DNA of 64,000 nt from positions 741,694-805,693 of the forward strand of contig CAVPHS010000001.1 in the NCBI GenBank assembly GCA_963704805.1. Direction: 5' to 3'. This stretch comes from an uncultured Gemmatimonadales bacterium. Its GTDB lineage: Bacteria > Gemmatimonadota > Gemmatimonadetes > Gemmatimonadales > GWC2-71-9. Positions 1-9,186 of this stretch are shown here, piece after piece. Position numbers and translations under genes: made by a program. Below the pieces are notes generated by a model. That model was not told where the DNA came from. It did not search any database and worked only from the letters and a program-made list of their open reading frames with translations. Every line of letters starts with the position of its first letter. Within the stretch, counting starts at the first letter, position 1.

Positions 1-8
1 GGGTGAAT

Positions 9-34
9 CGTCCGGGCGCTGCGGCGCCCGGACG
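9..34. terminator. GC-rich hairpin, possibly the terminator of the off-window upstream gene
   Basis: Read directly: an 11-bp stem CGTCCGGGCGC / GCGCCCGGACG with loop TGCG. A T-run (cgttttttc) appears only about 30 nt later, so terminator function is uncertain. Confidence 0.3.
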
Positions 35-88
35 GCTCGCCCGGCGGCCGTTTCGCCAGGATCGCGTTTTTTCTCAAGGAGACCGTCA

Positions 89-3000
89 ATGGCACGAGTA
101 TCGGTAAGCAATGGACTGCGGCTCGGCGCGCTGCTTGCGCTCGGGTTTGCCTTCGCGGTGCAGACCGCGCAGGCGACACCGCGCCCGCGTGCGCGTCGCG
201 TCCTACACCTCTTTTCGGGCTTCCTCGGCCGGCAGAACGTGAACCGCTTCGACTGCGGTCTCAACGCTGTCGGCATGGTGTGCGTCGATCCGAACGGATC
301 GACCACCGTGGGCGGCGGCTTCTGGCCCAAGGGCACGCCCGATCAATACGTCTTCAACTCCGGCCTGCAGCTCGCCGGTATCGTGAATCCGGCTATCTCC
401 GGCTTCACGTGGGCGGGGGACACGGTCGGCGCGTTCTTCTTCGACCCCAAGGGGACGACGGAGCACGGCGACCGGCTGTCGCTGGTCTGGAACTCTCTCG
501 ATGTCTCGGACAACGCCAGTTGGCCGCGCGATGCATACGTACCCAACGACTCGTCGCTGTATGACCCGATCCTCCAAAATTTGAAGGCCGCATCACAACA
601 GGACACGTGGTCGCGCTACTGGGACGGCAATCCGCAGAACAACGCCGGCCGCAAGCACCCGCTCGGGGTGCTCGTGAACCAGCGGGGCATGGGGTGGAAC
701 TTCCCGAGCGGTAACGAAGACATCCTCTACTTCCTCTACACCTTCACCAACATCACCGCGAGCGCGGCGTCGGTCTACACGGGACCCGATGCCGATTCGC
801 TGGCGCGCTATGGCGCTCGGTTCCAGGCGTTGAACGAAGCCGCCTTCGGCGTGCAGATCCCGGACTCGGGCTATACGATCACGAACATGTACGCGGCGTT
901 TTCCGCGGACATGGACGTGTCCGACGCGGCGCGCGAGAACTACTCGACGGCGTTCCTGCCCTTCAGCATGGGCACCGCGTTCAAGCGGAACTGGTACGCG
1001 CCGTCGATGGTCTTCCCGAGCACCATCTTCGGTCCGCCGTTTGCGCAAGCCCCGGGCATCGTGGGCGTGAAATACTTGAAGAGCCCAGTCGTGGCCGGCC
1101 AGGAAGTCGGCCTCACGATGTTCAGCAACACGATCAACGGCGGTCAGTTCGACGACGCGCAGAACACGACCCAGCTGTGGCGGTATCTGTCCGCCAAGCT
1201 CGATCCGACCGCGGGGGACGCACCCTGCAACAATCCGGGCACGCCCGCCGTCACCAAGGTCTGCTTTGTCACGCAGTCGAGCGACGACATCCGCTTCTTT
1301 CAGTCGTCGGGCCCGATGGACCTGAAGCCCGGTGAGTCGAAGACGATCGTGGTGGCGTACATCGCCGCGGCGCCCGTCAACACGCCCGCAATTGCCGCCC
1401 GCGGCCAGGCGCTCGATTTGAAGCCAGGCTTCCCGGCGCAACCCAGCGGCATGATCAACCCAACCGGTCCCGACTCGCTGCGTTCGGTGGATCGGGTCTT
1501 TGGCGCCATTTCGGTGAACGACGCCAACGGCAACGGGAAGATCGAGCAGAGCGAAGTGCGCACGGTCCCCCGCTCGCTGCTGAACAAGGGGCTTGTGGCG
1601 CAGGCCGTGTTCAACGCCCATTTCCTGCTGCCGTTCCCGCCCGCGGCGGCGGATTTCTTCCTGGTGCCCGGTGACAACTCCGTGACCATCGTCTGGAAGC
1701 AGAGTGCGACGGAGACCGACACGCTCGGTGATCCCTATTTCCAGATCGCCAGGAAGCCCAGGGTGCCCGACCTGACCACCCCTGACCCGGCCGATTCGGT
1801 GCCCAATGCGCTCTACGACCCGAATTACCGTCAACGTGACGTCGAGGGATACCGCATCTACCGCGGCCGCACGACGGGTGATCTCCAGCTGATCGCCCAG
1901 TTCGACTATTCCGGGACCCAGATCATTGATTCCACGGGCGCGTTCGACTACGGCAAGTGCGCGCCAGAGCTCGGCGTCACTGCGGATTGTCCGGTTCCCG
2001 TCGACTCAACCGGGAAGTTCACGGAGGGCGTGCCGCACGACCTGTTGGGCAACATCGTCCAGATTCCAGCGGGCGGCCGCATCGCCGCGTTGCCGGACTC
2101 CAGCATCATCATCGTCCAGGCTGACACCGCCCTCACCGGCGGCGGGGCCTCAGGTGCGTGCCAGCCCAGCCCCTGCTTGCCGCTGAGGGACACCGGCGTG
2201 CCCTTTGCCTACACAGACAATGGGGTGAAGAATTCGTTCACGTACTACTACGCCGTGACCGCGTACGACGTAAACTCGGTCAAGTCGGTGGGTGCCGGAA
2301 GCGCGTCACTCGAGTCGCCGCGCACGACGAAAGTGGCGACGCCGCGGAAGACCTCGGGCCAAACCGTCGCGGGGCAGCTGGCGCCGCCGCAGATCATTGG
2401 TTCCAACGGCCAGCCCGTTCCGGCCGGGACCGCGCCCACGATTACCGCGGCGACTGGTGAATTCTCCGGTCCATTCCAGCCGACCGATGGCTTGGAGTTG
2501 GGCCTGGCGGCGTTCCTGCCCGACGTGCTGGGCAACGGCTCGCTGACCCTCAAGATCGATTCGGTGCACGCCGGCAACGGCGATCCGGACGGTCTTGGGA
2601 CTGCCGCGAACGCTACGTATTTCATGACCGCGCAGGGCGCCGGCGCACCATCGTCCTTTGTGCTCAGCCTGCCGGTCGACTGCTGTGACATCCCGACCAG
2701 CGGTACGGCCAATTTCCCGGCCACCGCGATCACCCAGTCGAAGTCGGAGCGGTTCGGCGGCGACTCCACGTTCTCGCTGTACGGGAGCACGACGGTCACC
2801 ATGGCCCCGACGTGGTTCTCGACCGGGCCGGGCCGTGGCGACGCCAACGCCGATCCGGCAAACTCGGCGTTCAACGGCCCGCGCTGGTTCACGGGCACGA
2901 ACGAGAACACGGCGAACCCGAACGGCGCGAACTGCGCGCCGTCGGTGGGTGCCTGCGTGCCGGGCAACATGACCGGAAAGATCACCGCCGGCGCGATACC

Positions 3001-3970
3001 TGGCGTCGACGTCCTGTGGAATATTCAGTCGTACAACACGGTCCGCAGTCTGCCGATGCGTGACCTGGAGGCCGTCACCGCGTCAGTCACGCGTGCCGCT
3101 GACTTCAGCGTCTATTGGGGCACGGGCGGCGTGATCGATTCAGTCGTCGACGACGTGCACAAGGTCAAGGTGCCGAACAGCCCGAATCTCGAGGCGAGCT
3201 GGGGCATTCTCGACACCTCCTCATTCAACGGGTTCACTGCGTCGCGTTCGGCGGATGGCAACAACGCGCAGATCACCTGGTCGGACATCCTCTGCATCGA
3301 CCCGGCTCCCGCGTATACGCTGAACTGCGGGCCGGGAGCAGCGCCGGGCGCGCAGCTGAAGAGCACGGCGCATCTGTCGCCGGTCTCGGTGGTCTCCGCC
3401 GCCTACGGGACCGCGGTCGCGACGACCGGCAACGGCTTCATCTTCTATCTCGCAGGAAAGTTCTTCGTGATGCAGATGACCGCGCTGCCGGCGTCAGGCA
3501 CGATCTGGCACGCGCGTCTCTACACAGGGAACGTCACCGGTACAGCGGCGGTGGGGGACTTCGCCTTCCAGCCCGCCACGCGCACACCAGCGGTGCCGGG
3601 GTTGCGCATGCAGGTCGCGTTCACCGGATCGACGTTCGATCCGACGACGACGACCGCCGCCCAGCTGGAGCGGGTGCACACGGTGCCCGATCCCTACTAC
3701 GTGACGAACTCGCTCGAGCAGTCGGCGAACTCGAAGAAGCTGCGGTTCGTCAACCTGCCCAGTCAGGCGATCGTCCGGATCTATACGGTCAGCGGCATCC
3801 TGGTGCAGGTCCTGACATTGAACGATGCGACGGGCGGCGGTGAGCTGGAGTGGAACCTCCGCAACCGGAACGAGCAGTTCGTGGCATCGGGCGTCTACTT
3901 CTACCAGGTGGAAACACCGGACGGCAAGTCGAAGACCGGCCGGTTCACCGTGGTCAACTTCGCGCAATAG
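89..3970 (+). CDS. Large secreted protein (1293 aa) with an FN3-like domain and a T9SS-type C-terminal sorting domain (putative T9SS cargo)
   Basis: SD aaggag lies about 8 nt before ATG 89. The signal peptide is MARVSVSNGLRLGALLALGFAFAVQTAQA. There is an FN3-like stretch VTIVWKQS..GYRIYRG..FTYYYAVTAYD. The last ~85 aa (VPDPYYV..IVRIYTVSGILVQVL..ELEWNLRNRNEQFVASGVYFYQVETPDGKSKTGRFTVVN) fit the Por_Secre_tail / FlgD-Ig-like CTD pattern from memory; no HMM was run. Confidence 0.75.
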   Translation: MARVSVSNGLRLGALLALGFAFAVQTAQATPRPRARRVLHLFSGFLGRQNVNRFDCGLNAVGMVCVDPNGSTTVGGGFWPKGTPDQYVFNSGLQLAGIVNPAISGFTWAGDTVGAFFFDPKGTTEHGDRLSLVWNSLDVSDNASWPRDAYVPNDSSLYDPILQNLKAASQQDTWSRYWDGNPQNNAGRKHPLGVLVNQRGMGWNFPSGNEDILYFLYTFTNITASAASVYTGPDADSLARYGARFQALNEAAFGVQIPDSGYTITNMYAAFSADMDVSDAARENYSTAFLPFSMGTAFKRNWYAPSMVFPSTIFGPPFAQAPGIVGVKYLKSPVVAGQEVGLTMFSNTINGGQFDDAQNTTQLWRYLSAKLDPTAGDAPCNNPGTPAVTKVCFVTQSSDDIRFFQSSGPMDLKPGESKTIVVAYIAAAPVNTPAIAARGQALDLKPGFPAQPSGMINPTGPDSLRSVDRVFGAISVNDANGNGKIEQSEVRTVPRSLLNKGLVAQAVFNAHFLLPFPPAAADFFLVPGDNSVTIVWKQSATETDTLGDPYFQIARKPRVPDLTTPDPADSVPNALYDPNYRQRDVEGYRIYRGRTTGDLQLIAQFDYSGTQIIDSTGAFDYGKCAPELGVTADCPVPVDSTGKFTEGVPHDLLGNIVQIPAGGRIAALPDSSIIIVQADTALTGGGASGACQPSPCLPLRDTGVPFAYTDNGVKNSFTYYYAVTAYDVNSVKSVGAGSASLESPRTTKVATPRKTSGQTVAGQLAPPQIIGSNGQPVPAGTAPTITAATGEFSGPFQPTDGLELGLAAFLPDVLGNGSLTLKIDSVHAGNGDPDGLGTAANATYFMTAQGAGAPSSFVLSLPVDCCDIPTSGTANFPATAITQSKSERFGGDSTFSLYGSTTVTMAPTWFSTGPGRGDANADPANSAFNGPRWFTGTNENTANPNGANCAPSVGACVPGNMTGKITAGAIPGVDVLWNIQSYNTVRSLPMRDLEAVTASVTRAADFSVYWGTGGVIDSVVDDVHKVKVPNSPNLEASWGILDTSSFNGFTASRSADGNNAQITWSDILCIDPAPAYTLNCGPGAAPGAQLKSTAHLSPVSVVSAAYGTAVATTGNGFIFYLAGKFFVMQMTALPASGTIWHARLYTGNVTGTAAVGDFAFQPATRTPAVPGLRMQVAFTGSTFDPTTTTAAQLERVHTVPDPYYVTNSLEQSANSKKLRFVNLPSQAIVRIYTVSGILVQVLTLNDATGGGELEWNLRNRNEQFVASGVYFYQVETPDGKSKTGRFTVVNFAQ

Positions 3971-3992
3971 CGCTCAAGAGGGAGCATTCGAG

Positions 3993-5117
3993 ATGACGCG
4001 CATGATTCGAAGCTTCAGCGGTGCCCTCGCGGCGCTCGTCCTGGTCGCAGGGCCGGTCGCGGCGCAGGTCACCCTGCCGTCCGACAATACCGCCTATGGC
4101 ACCACCGCGGGTGAGTTCCTGCTGTTGGGAGCGGGCGCCCGCGGTCTGTCGCTGGGGGGCGCCTATGCGGCGCTCGCCACCGACATCAGCTCGCTGTATT
4201 ACAATCCCGCGGGCGTGGCGCAGATCGCGCGCCCCGGGGTCTCGGTTTCCACGTACAACTACGCGGTGAGCACCCGCTACATCTGGGCCGGTCTCGCGCT
4301 GCCCATGAGCGGTGGCGCGCGGAGCGTCGGCCTGCAGATCGGCAACTTCGGGTTCAGTGACCAGCCGGTCTACACGGTCGAAAACCCCGATGGAGACGGC
4401 ACCAAATACAGCGTGTCGCAGACTTTCGTCGGCGGGACGTACGCCCAGAACTTCAGCGACCGGTTCTCGGCCGGCATGACGTTGAAGCTGATCTCCGACG
4501 CGCTCGGTAAGACGTCGGCGAACGCCTTCGCCGTGGACTTCGGGACGAACTTCCACGCGCAGGCGATGGGCAAGCCGATCCGTGTGTCGTTCGTGATTCA
4601 GAACCTCGGCTCCGAGCTGAAGCACGACGGTTCGGCGCTCGATGCGACCGTCACGCGGCCCCCGGTTCCCGGTCAGGTCGACGTGCCGCAGGATCCGCAG
4701 CCGGCCGAGCTGCAAACGAAATCGTGGGGCCTGCCGGTGCTGTTCCGGGTGGGCGCCGCGTTCGATGCGTATTCCAACGAGCAGACTCGCGTCACGGTGT
4801 TGTCCGAGTTCACTCAGCCGAACAACAATCGCTCGGGCTTCGGCGTGGGCGCCGAGTTCGCGATGAACGACATCGGCAAGAGCGGGTTCTTCTTCGCCGG
4901 CCGGGGCAGCTGGTCGTATCAGCCCGATAACAATCTGGATCCGTCTGGCGCGGCGGGGTTCACCAGCAACAATGGCGACGAGAGCAAGGACGGTCTCGCC
5001 GCTGGTTTCGGCTTGGGCTATCGTCGCCCCAGCCTCGAGCTGGGTTTCGACTACGCCTACAAGAGCATGGGATTGCTGGGCGGCACCAACATGTTGACGT
5101 TCTCGGTCTCCTGGTAA
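3993..5117 (+). CDS. porV: PorV/PorQ-family-like outer-membrane beta-barrel protein
   Basis: The start was moved to ATG 3993 (MTRMIRSFSGALAALVLVAGPVAAQ signal peptide), with ggag upstream. The N-terminal motif FLLLGAGARGLSLGGAYAALATDISSLYYNPAG resembles the PorV family signature. The C-terminus has alternating beta-strand character ending ..LTFSVSW. It sits directly after a CTD cargo gene. Confidence 0.55.
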   Translation: MTRMIRSFSGALAALVLVAGPVAAQVTLPSDNTAYGTTAGEFLLLGAGARGLSLGGAYAALATDISSLYYNPAGVAQIARPGVSVSTYNYAVSTRYIWAGLALPMSGGARSVGLQIGNFGFSDQPVYTVENPDGDGTKYSVSQTFVGGTYAQNFSDRFSAGMTLKLISDALGKTSANAFAVDFGTNFHAQAMGKPIRVSFVIQNLGSELKHDGSALDATVTRPPVPGQVDVPQDPQPAELQTKSWGLPVLFRVGAAFDAYSNEQTRVTVLSEFTQPNNNRSGFGVGAEFAMNDIGKSGFFFAGRGSWSYQPDNNLDPSGAAGFTSNNGDESKDGLAAGFGLGYRRPSLELGFDYAYKSMGLLGGTNMLTFSVSW

Positions 5118-5153
5118 CGAGGAAGCCGAGCTGAACGAGCTGTAGGAGGAGAC

Positions 5154-6572
5154 TTGCGGGTGTTGTGGCTGATGCTGCTGGCCGTCGCGCCTCGCGCGGC
5201 GGCCACGCAGAGCCCCGTGCCGCCTCCTGCTCCTGTTTCCCCCGCCACGCCGTCGGCGTCACGCGATGTCGCCATCGGTGCGGTGCGGTCCTATCGGGGA
5301 GATCGGACGCTGATCAACGGCTTCGTGCGCGTGCCGCACCTGCTGTTGGATCCGGTGACGATCGGGGCGGGCGGGTTTGCGGAGTTTCGCCTGAATGTCG
5401 GCGTGGTGGATGCGCGAGGCAACGTGCTCGCAACCGACAGCTGGACGCGGCGCGTGCCGTGGACGGCGACACAGGCGCGGGGTGCTGCGAGCGTGGAAAT
5501 GGTGACGTTCACGGTCGATTCCGGCGCCTACGAAATCCGGGCGATCGTGAAAGACTCGGCGTCGGGCCGGCAGTCGACCGCGACGCTGCCCGTGCACGGT
5601 TTCACGGCGCGACCGCCGGCGTCCGACTTGTTGCTGGCATCGGAGATCCGCCGCGCGTCGACCGGAGATACGACCACCGGGCCGGGCGAGCTGCGCAAGG
5701 GTGATCTGTTGATCACCGCCGGGCCGGAAGTGGCGCTGTCGCCGACGCGGGCGACGCTGTTCTACTACTGCGAAGTGTATCGCGACAGCGCCGGTGAGGT
5801 CCCGTGGGCGTTGCGGGTACGCGGCGAGGATGGGAAGGCGATCGTGAGCACGCCGGCGACACGGGCTGCGATCGCCGCGGGCGGCGGGGCGATCACCGGG
5901 TCAGCGGATCTGACGGGATTACCGGAGGGGTCCTACCGGCTCGAGCTCGTGGTCGGCGCCGGAACGGATTCGCTGATACGTTCGGCGCCGTTCCGGATGG
6001 CCGGATTCGCAGTGGAGCAGGAGCTGGCGCAGCAGGCGCAGACGACGGCGAACGCCGGCGACCTGTTCTCGCTGATGACCGAGGCGAAGCTCGACACGCT
6101 GTTCGCGCCGCTGTTTTACCTGGCGACGACGGGTGAGTTGAGCGCGTACCGCGGCCTGTCGCTCGAAGGGAAACGACGGTTTTTGCGGGAGTTCTGGCGC
6201 CAGCGCGATCCCACGCCGGGGACGCCGGAGAATGAGCTCCAGGTCGGGTTCTATCAGCACCTGGCCGAAGCGAACCGGCGGTTCCGGGAGGGTGGGGCTG
6301 CGGAGATTCCGGGATGGCGCACGGATCGGGGACGCATCCTGATTCTGAACGGCGAGCCGGATGAGATCATGCGCCGGCCCTCCAACGGGACGAGCAATCC
6401 GTGGGAGGCCTGGAAATATACCCGGCCCCGGCCGCGCAAGTATGTGTTCTACGATCAGACGCGGCTGGGGAATTATCAGCTGATCTACACGGACGACCGC
6501 AAGGAGAAGGGCATGCCGGGGTGGGAGCGGTTGGTCGGTCAGGATGCAGTGGACGAGATCGCCAGGTTCTAA
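5154..6572 (+). CDS. GWxTD domain-containing secreted protein (472 aa)
   Basis: It has an N-terminal signal-like segment LWLMLLAVAPRAAA. The C-terminal region REGGAAEIPGWRTDRGRILILNGEPDEI..NPWEAWKY..YVFYDQTRLGNYQLIYTDD contains the literal GWxTD motif. The start (TTG 5154 or GTG 5160) is uncertain. Confidence 0.75.
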   Translation: MRVLWLMLLAVAPRAAATQSPVPPPAPVSPATPSASRDVAIGAVRSYRGDRTLINGFVRVPHLLLDPVTIGAGGFAEFRLNVGVVDARGNVLATDSWTRRVPWTATQARGAASVEMVTFTVDSGAYEIRAIVKDSASGRQSTATLPVHGFTARPPASDLLLASEIRRASTGDTTTGPGELRKGDLLITAGPEVALSPTRATLFYYCEVYRDSAGEVPWALRVRGEDGKAIVSTPATRAAIAAGGGAITGSADLTGLPEGSYRLELVVGAGTDSLIRSAPFRMAGFAVEQELAQQAQTTANAGDLFSLMTEAKLDTLFAPLFYLATTGELSAYRGLSLEGKRRFLREFWRQRDPTPGTPENELQVGFYQHLAEANRRFREGGAAEIPGWRTDRGRILILNGEPDEIMRRPSNGTSNPWEAWKYTRPRPRKYVFYDQTRLGNYQLIYTDDRKEKGMPGWERLVGQDAVDEIARF

Positions 6573-6603
6573 CGTGGACCATCACTCTGTCGGGAGACCG
6601 TAT

Positions 6604-7647
6604 ATGAAGCGATTGGATTTTCGTTCGGTGGTTGTGGTGCTCCTGGCGGCCGCTGCGGGGTGCAAAGGCGACCCCACGGCAGACCTCCGCACCGGCGTCA
6701 GCTCGCTGGCCATGAACCCCGATCTGATGTTCATCGATGACGGGGCGAGCAAGCCATTCGAGGTTGTGGTACGGGACCAGCAATTGAATCCCGTCGCCGC
6801 TGAGGTCACGGTGACCTCGTCCGATGCCGCGGTGTTTACGGTCGCGCCGGACACCACGGTGCCATCGGCCGACGGCGCTCACCACGATTACATCATCACG
6901 GCGGTCGGTACGGGACAAGCGGTGGTGCGCGTGTCTTCGGGCGGCGTGGCGGACTCAGCAACGATCACGGTACTGCCGGTGGCCTCCCCGGGCGTGCCGG
7001 TCGGCAGTCCCGTCGTCGGCCAGCTGTTTAAGATCGCCATGACCGACCCGCTGTTCTCGTTCGATCCTGCCGCGAATATCGACTTCGGCGGCGTTCTGGC
7101 CGACGTGATCAGCGTGACAGCGGAAACCCTCACCGTGCGCGTGCCCCAGCCAGACGCGGCACAGCCGGCTGTCGCCGATGTTCAGGGCATTGCCGTCGGG
7201 TACGTACCGGGCCTGGTGGTCACGCTGCCGACGGCGACGCCCCTCAACGTAGCCCCCGTGGGTGATCGCGAAACGCCGGGAACGGTAGTCATCACGCCTC
7301 CCGCGAGTGGCGGGCCGGACTTGGTCTTCTATGATGGATTCAAGTCGGGTGCCGATGGGAGCACAGTCATCGACTACTTCTACCAGTTTACGCTTGCCGT
7401 GACGGATACCTTGACGTTTACCGTGTCGTGGGACACGCCCGATCCGCCCGACGTCGGGGCCGATCTCGACGTGGTCAACTTCACGAGCGCCTTCGCAATC
7501 ATCGGCGGGCTTGGAGCGGCCACGGGCGCGAATCCGGAGACGTACAGCGTGATCTTCCCGGCTGGCACGTACCATCTGCTGGTCGAGTCGTTCGACGATC
7601 ACGACTTGCCGGCGCATCTGTTCAAGGTGACGATCCACAACCCGTAG
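6604..7647 (+). CDS. Lipoprotein with Ig-like (Big_2/IPT-like) repeats and a PPC-like (pre-peptidase C-terminal) domain
   Basis: ATG 6604 gives MKRLDFRSVVVVLLAAAAGC (lipobox AAGC). It has an Ig-like segment FEVVVRDQQLNPV..VTVTSSD..VRVSSGGVADSATITVLP. The C-terminal TLTFTVSWDTPDPPDVGADLDVVNF..YHLLVESFDD is PPC-like. Domain names rest on pattern recognition only. Confidence 0.55.
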   Translation: MKRLDFRSVVVVLLAAAAGCKGDPTADLRTGVSSLAMNPDLMFIDDGASKPFEVVVRDQQLNPVAAEVTVTSSDAAVFTVAPDTTVPSADGAHHDYIITAVGTGQAVVRVSSGGVADSATITVLPVASPGVPVGSPVVGQLFKIAMTDPLFSFDPAANIDFGGVLADVISVTAETLTVRVPQPDAAQPAVADVQGIAVGYVPGLVVTLPTATPLNVAPVGDRETPGTVVITPPASGGPDLVFYDGFKSGADGSTVIDYFYQFTLAVTDTLTFTVSWDTPDPPDVGADLDVVNFTSAFAIIGGLGAATGANPETYSVIFPAGTYHLLVESFDDHDLPAHLFKVTIHNP

Positions 7648-7676
7648 CGCTCGTCATCCCTGTTCCGATGAAGGGA

Positions 7677-7716
7677 CCGAGCCCCGGGGGGAACCAACCC
7701 CGGGGCTCGGTGTTTT
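7677..7716 (+). terminator. Rho-independent terminator after the lipoprotein gene
   Basis: A 13-bp perfect stem CCGAGCCCCGGGG / CCCCGGGGCTCGG with an 8-nt loop, followed by TGTTTTG. It overlaps the ORF-track start at 7715, which argues for ATG 7727 as the real start of the next gene. Confidence 0.65.
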
Positions 7717-7726
7717 GATCCGGGCC

Positions 7727-8296
7727 ATGGTCCGGTGGCTTGCCCTCGCGTTCGTTCCAGCCGTGCTCGCTGCGCAGCAAGACACCACCTTCTCCACCGC
7801 CGGCGAAGCGAAGCTCGATAGCCTGTACGGCCCACTCGTCTATCTCATGAAGGCCGAGGAGCGCGGGCGCTACGGCGGGCTCGACGTCGAAGGGAAGCGC
7901 ACATTCCTGCGGCAATTCTGGAAGCGCCGCGACCCGGCGCCGGAGACGGCGGCCAACGAGGCGATGGCGAGCTTCTACGAGCGGGTGGTGACGGTCAACC
8001 GCATGTTCCGCGAGGGCGGCGCGGCCGAGATCCCCGGATGGCGCACCGATCGCGGCCGGATCTACCTGAAGTACGGGCCGCCCAGCGCCGTGCTGAGCCG
8101 GCCGCAACCGGCCTCGACCAATCCTTATGAAGTGTGGCGCTACGAGAAGCGGCGGCTGCTCAAGTTCGTGTTTCTCGATCTGACCCGCTTCGGCAACTAC
8201 ACGCTCATCTGGACCGATGACCGCGAGGAGGCTACGCGGCCCGACTGGTATCTGCTCTTAGGACCCGAGGCCGTCGAGGACGCGATGCGGTTCTGA
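7727..8296 (+). CDS. GWxTD domain-containing secreted protein (short paralog)
   Basis: ATG 7727 gives MVRWLALAFVPAVLAAQ. The region REGGAAEIPGWRTDRGRIYLKYGPP..NPYEVWRYE..FVFLDLTRFGNYTLIWTDD is clearly paralogous to the C-terminus of the 5154-6572 product. Confidence 0.75.
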   Translation: MVRWLALAFVPAVLAAQQDTTFSTAGEAKLDSLYGPLVYLMKAEERGRYGGLDVEGKRTFLRQFWKRRDPAPETAANEAMASFYERVVTVNRMFREGGAAEIPGWRTDRGRIYLKYGPPSAVLSRPQPASTNPYEVWRYEKRRLLKFVFLDLTRFGNYTLIWTDDREEATRPDWYLLLGPEAVEDAMRF

Positions 8297-9157
8297 GCCT
8301 CGCCGGGGCTCGGCCGGCTGGCGCGACAACGTCGCCAGCACCACCGTCGCCCAGACTGCCGTTCCCACCGCGACGTGCGCGACCTGCAACCCGGTCGGGA
8401 GACCGAGGAGCACGACCCCCGCGCCGATGCTCATCTGCAGAACCACGAGACCCACCGTGATGAACGCCGCGCGAGCGCGCGAGCGGATCGCCCAGACCAC
8501 CGCAACGATCGCGAGTGAATAGGCGAGCAATCGGTGGATCCACTGAACCAGCGCCAGCGGGCCGGCGGTGATCCAGATCTGTCCATTGCACAGCGGGAAG
8601 CCGTGGCACGCGGCGGCGGCGCCGAGATTCGCGGTGAGCGCGCCAAAGAGAACCGTGAAGAACGTGACCGAAACCAACGCCCACATCCCCCCTCTCCCAA
8701 CGGGAGAGGGGGACAGGGGGTGAGGACGATCCACGCGCGACGCTATCACCAACAGGGTCGCGAGCAGCAGCATCGCCGTGCCGAGATGGAGAATCACCGT
8801 CCAGGCGGGCAGCTCGAGCTTTACGGTGATCGCGCCGAGCAGGATCTGTAGGATGAGCAGTCCGACGGCGACATACGACGGTCGGACGGTCGGACGGCCG
8901 GACGGCCGGCTGAGCCACCAATCGTAGGCTGCGAGCGCGACAACCAAGATGGAAACGAGCGCGGCCACGAGCCGATGACTCCACTCGATCACGGTGCCGA
9001 TGTCATCGAGCGGTGGAAAGAGATGGCCGTTGCACAGCGGCCAATGATCGCCGCACCCCAGGCCCGAGCCCGTGATGCGCACGACGCCGCCGAGGATGAT
9101 GAGGAGATACGTGCAGACCGCCGCGGACCAGGCGAGTGCGGTAAAGCGTCGCGTCAT
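8258..9157 (-). CDS. ctaA: Heme A synthase (COX15/CtaA family)
   Basis: Motifs GGVVRITGSGLGCGDHWPLCNG in the first half and ACHGFPLCNGQ in the second half, with multiple TM helices. It contains an embedded REP-like element encoding ..RPHPLSPSPVGRGG.. Confidence 0.8.
   Translation of the reverse strand: MTRRFTALAWSAAVCTYLLIILGGVVRITGSGLGCGDHWPLCNGHLFPPLDDIGTVIEWSHRLVAALVSILVVALAAYDWWLSRPSGRPTVRPSYVAVGLLILQILLGAITVKLELPAWTVILHLGTAMLLLATLLVIASRVDRPHPLSPSPVGRGGMWALVSVTFFTVLFGALTANLGAAAACHGFPLCNGQIWITAGPLALVQWIHRLLAYSLAIVAVVWAIRSRARAAFITVGLVVLQMSIGAGVVLLGLPTGLQVAHVAVGTAVWATVVLATLSRQPAEPRRGSEPHRVLDGLGS
8687..8726 (+). repeat. REP-like element copy A (hairpin + GGGGTGAGG tail) inside ctaA
   Basis: Read directly: CCCCCCTCTCCCAACGGGAGAGGGGGACAGGGGGTGAGGA. 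Stem CCCCTCTCCC / GGGAGAGGGG. Confidence 0.9.
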
Positions 9158-9186
9158 AGGCGGCGAAATGTATATTCTCGAACCTC

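Noticed and set aside
593-1834. A 413-aa ORF antisense to the CTD-cargo gene. It represents a class of long antisense or off-frame ORFs in the track: 9154-10311, 12391-14082, 17296-18273, 19147-20904, 29468-30658, 31896-33620, 33572-35011, 42610-43989, 54554-56725, 57806-59284 and 61120-62307.
   Set aside because: All lie opposite or out of frame to genes with clear family motifs. Their products are Arg/Gly/Asp/His-rich low-complexity strings with no motifs. Stop codons are rare in high-GC DNA, so shadow ORFs like these are expected.
8258-8296. A 39-nt convergent overlap between the GWxTD gene end and the ctaA end.
   Set aside because: It is probably real but unremarkable. The poorly conserved CtaA C-terminal tail may simply run on in GC-rich DNA. 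There is no evidence of regulatory antisense function.
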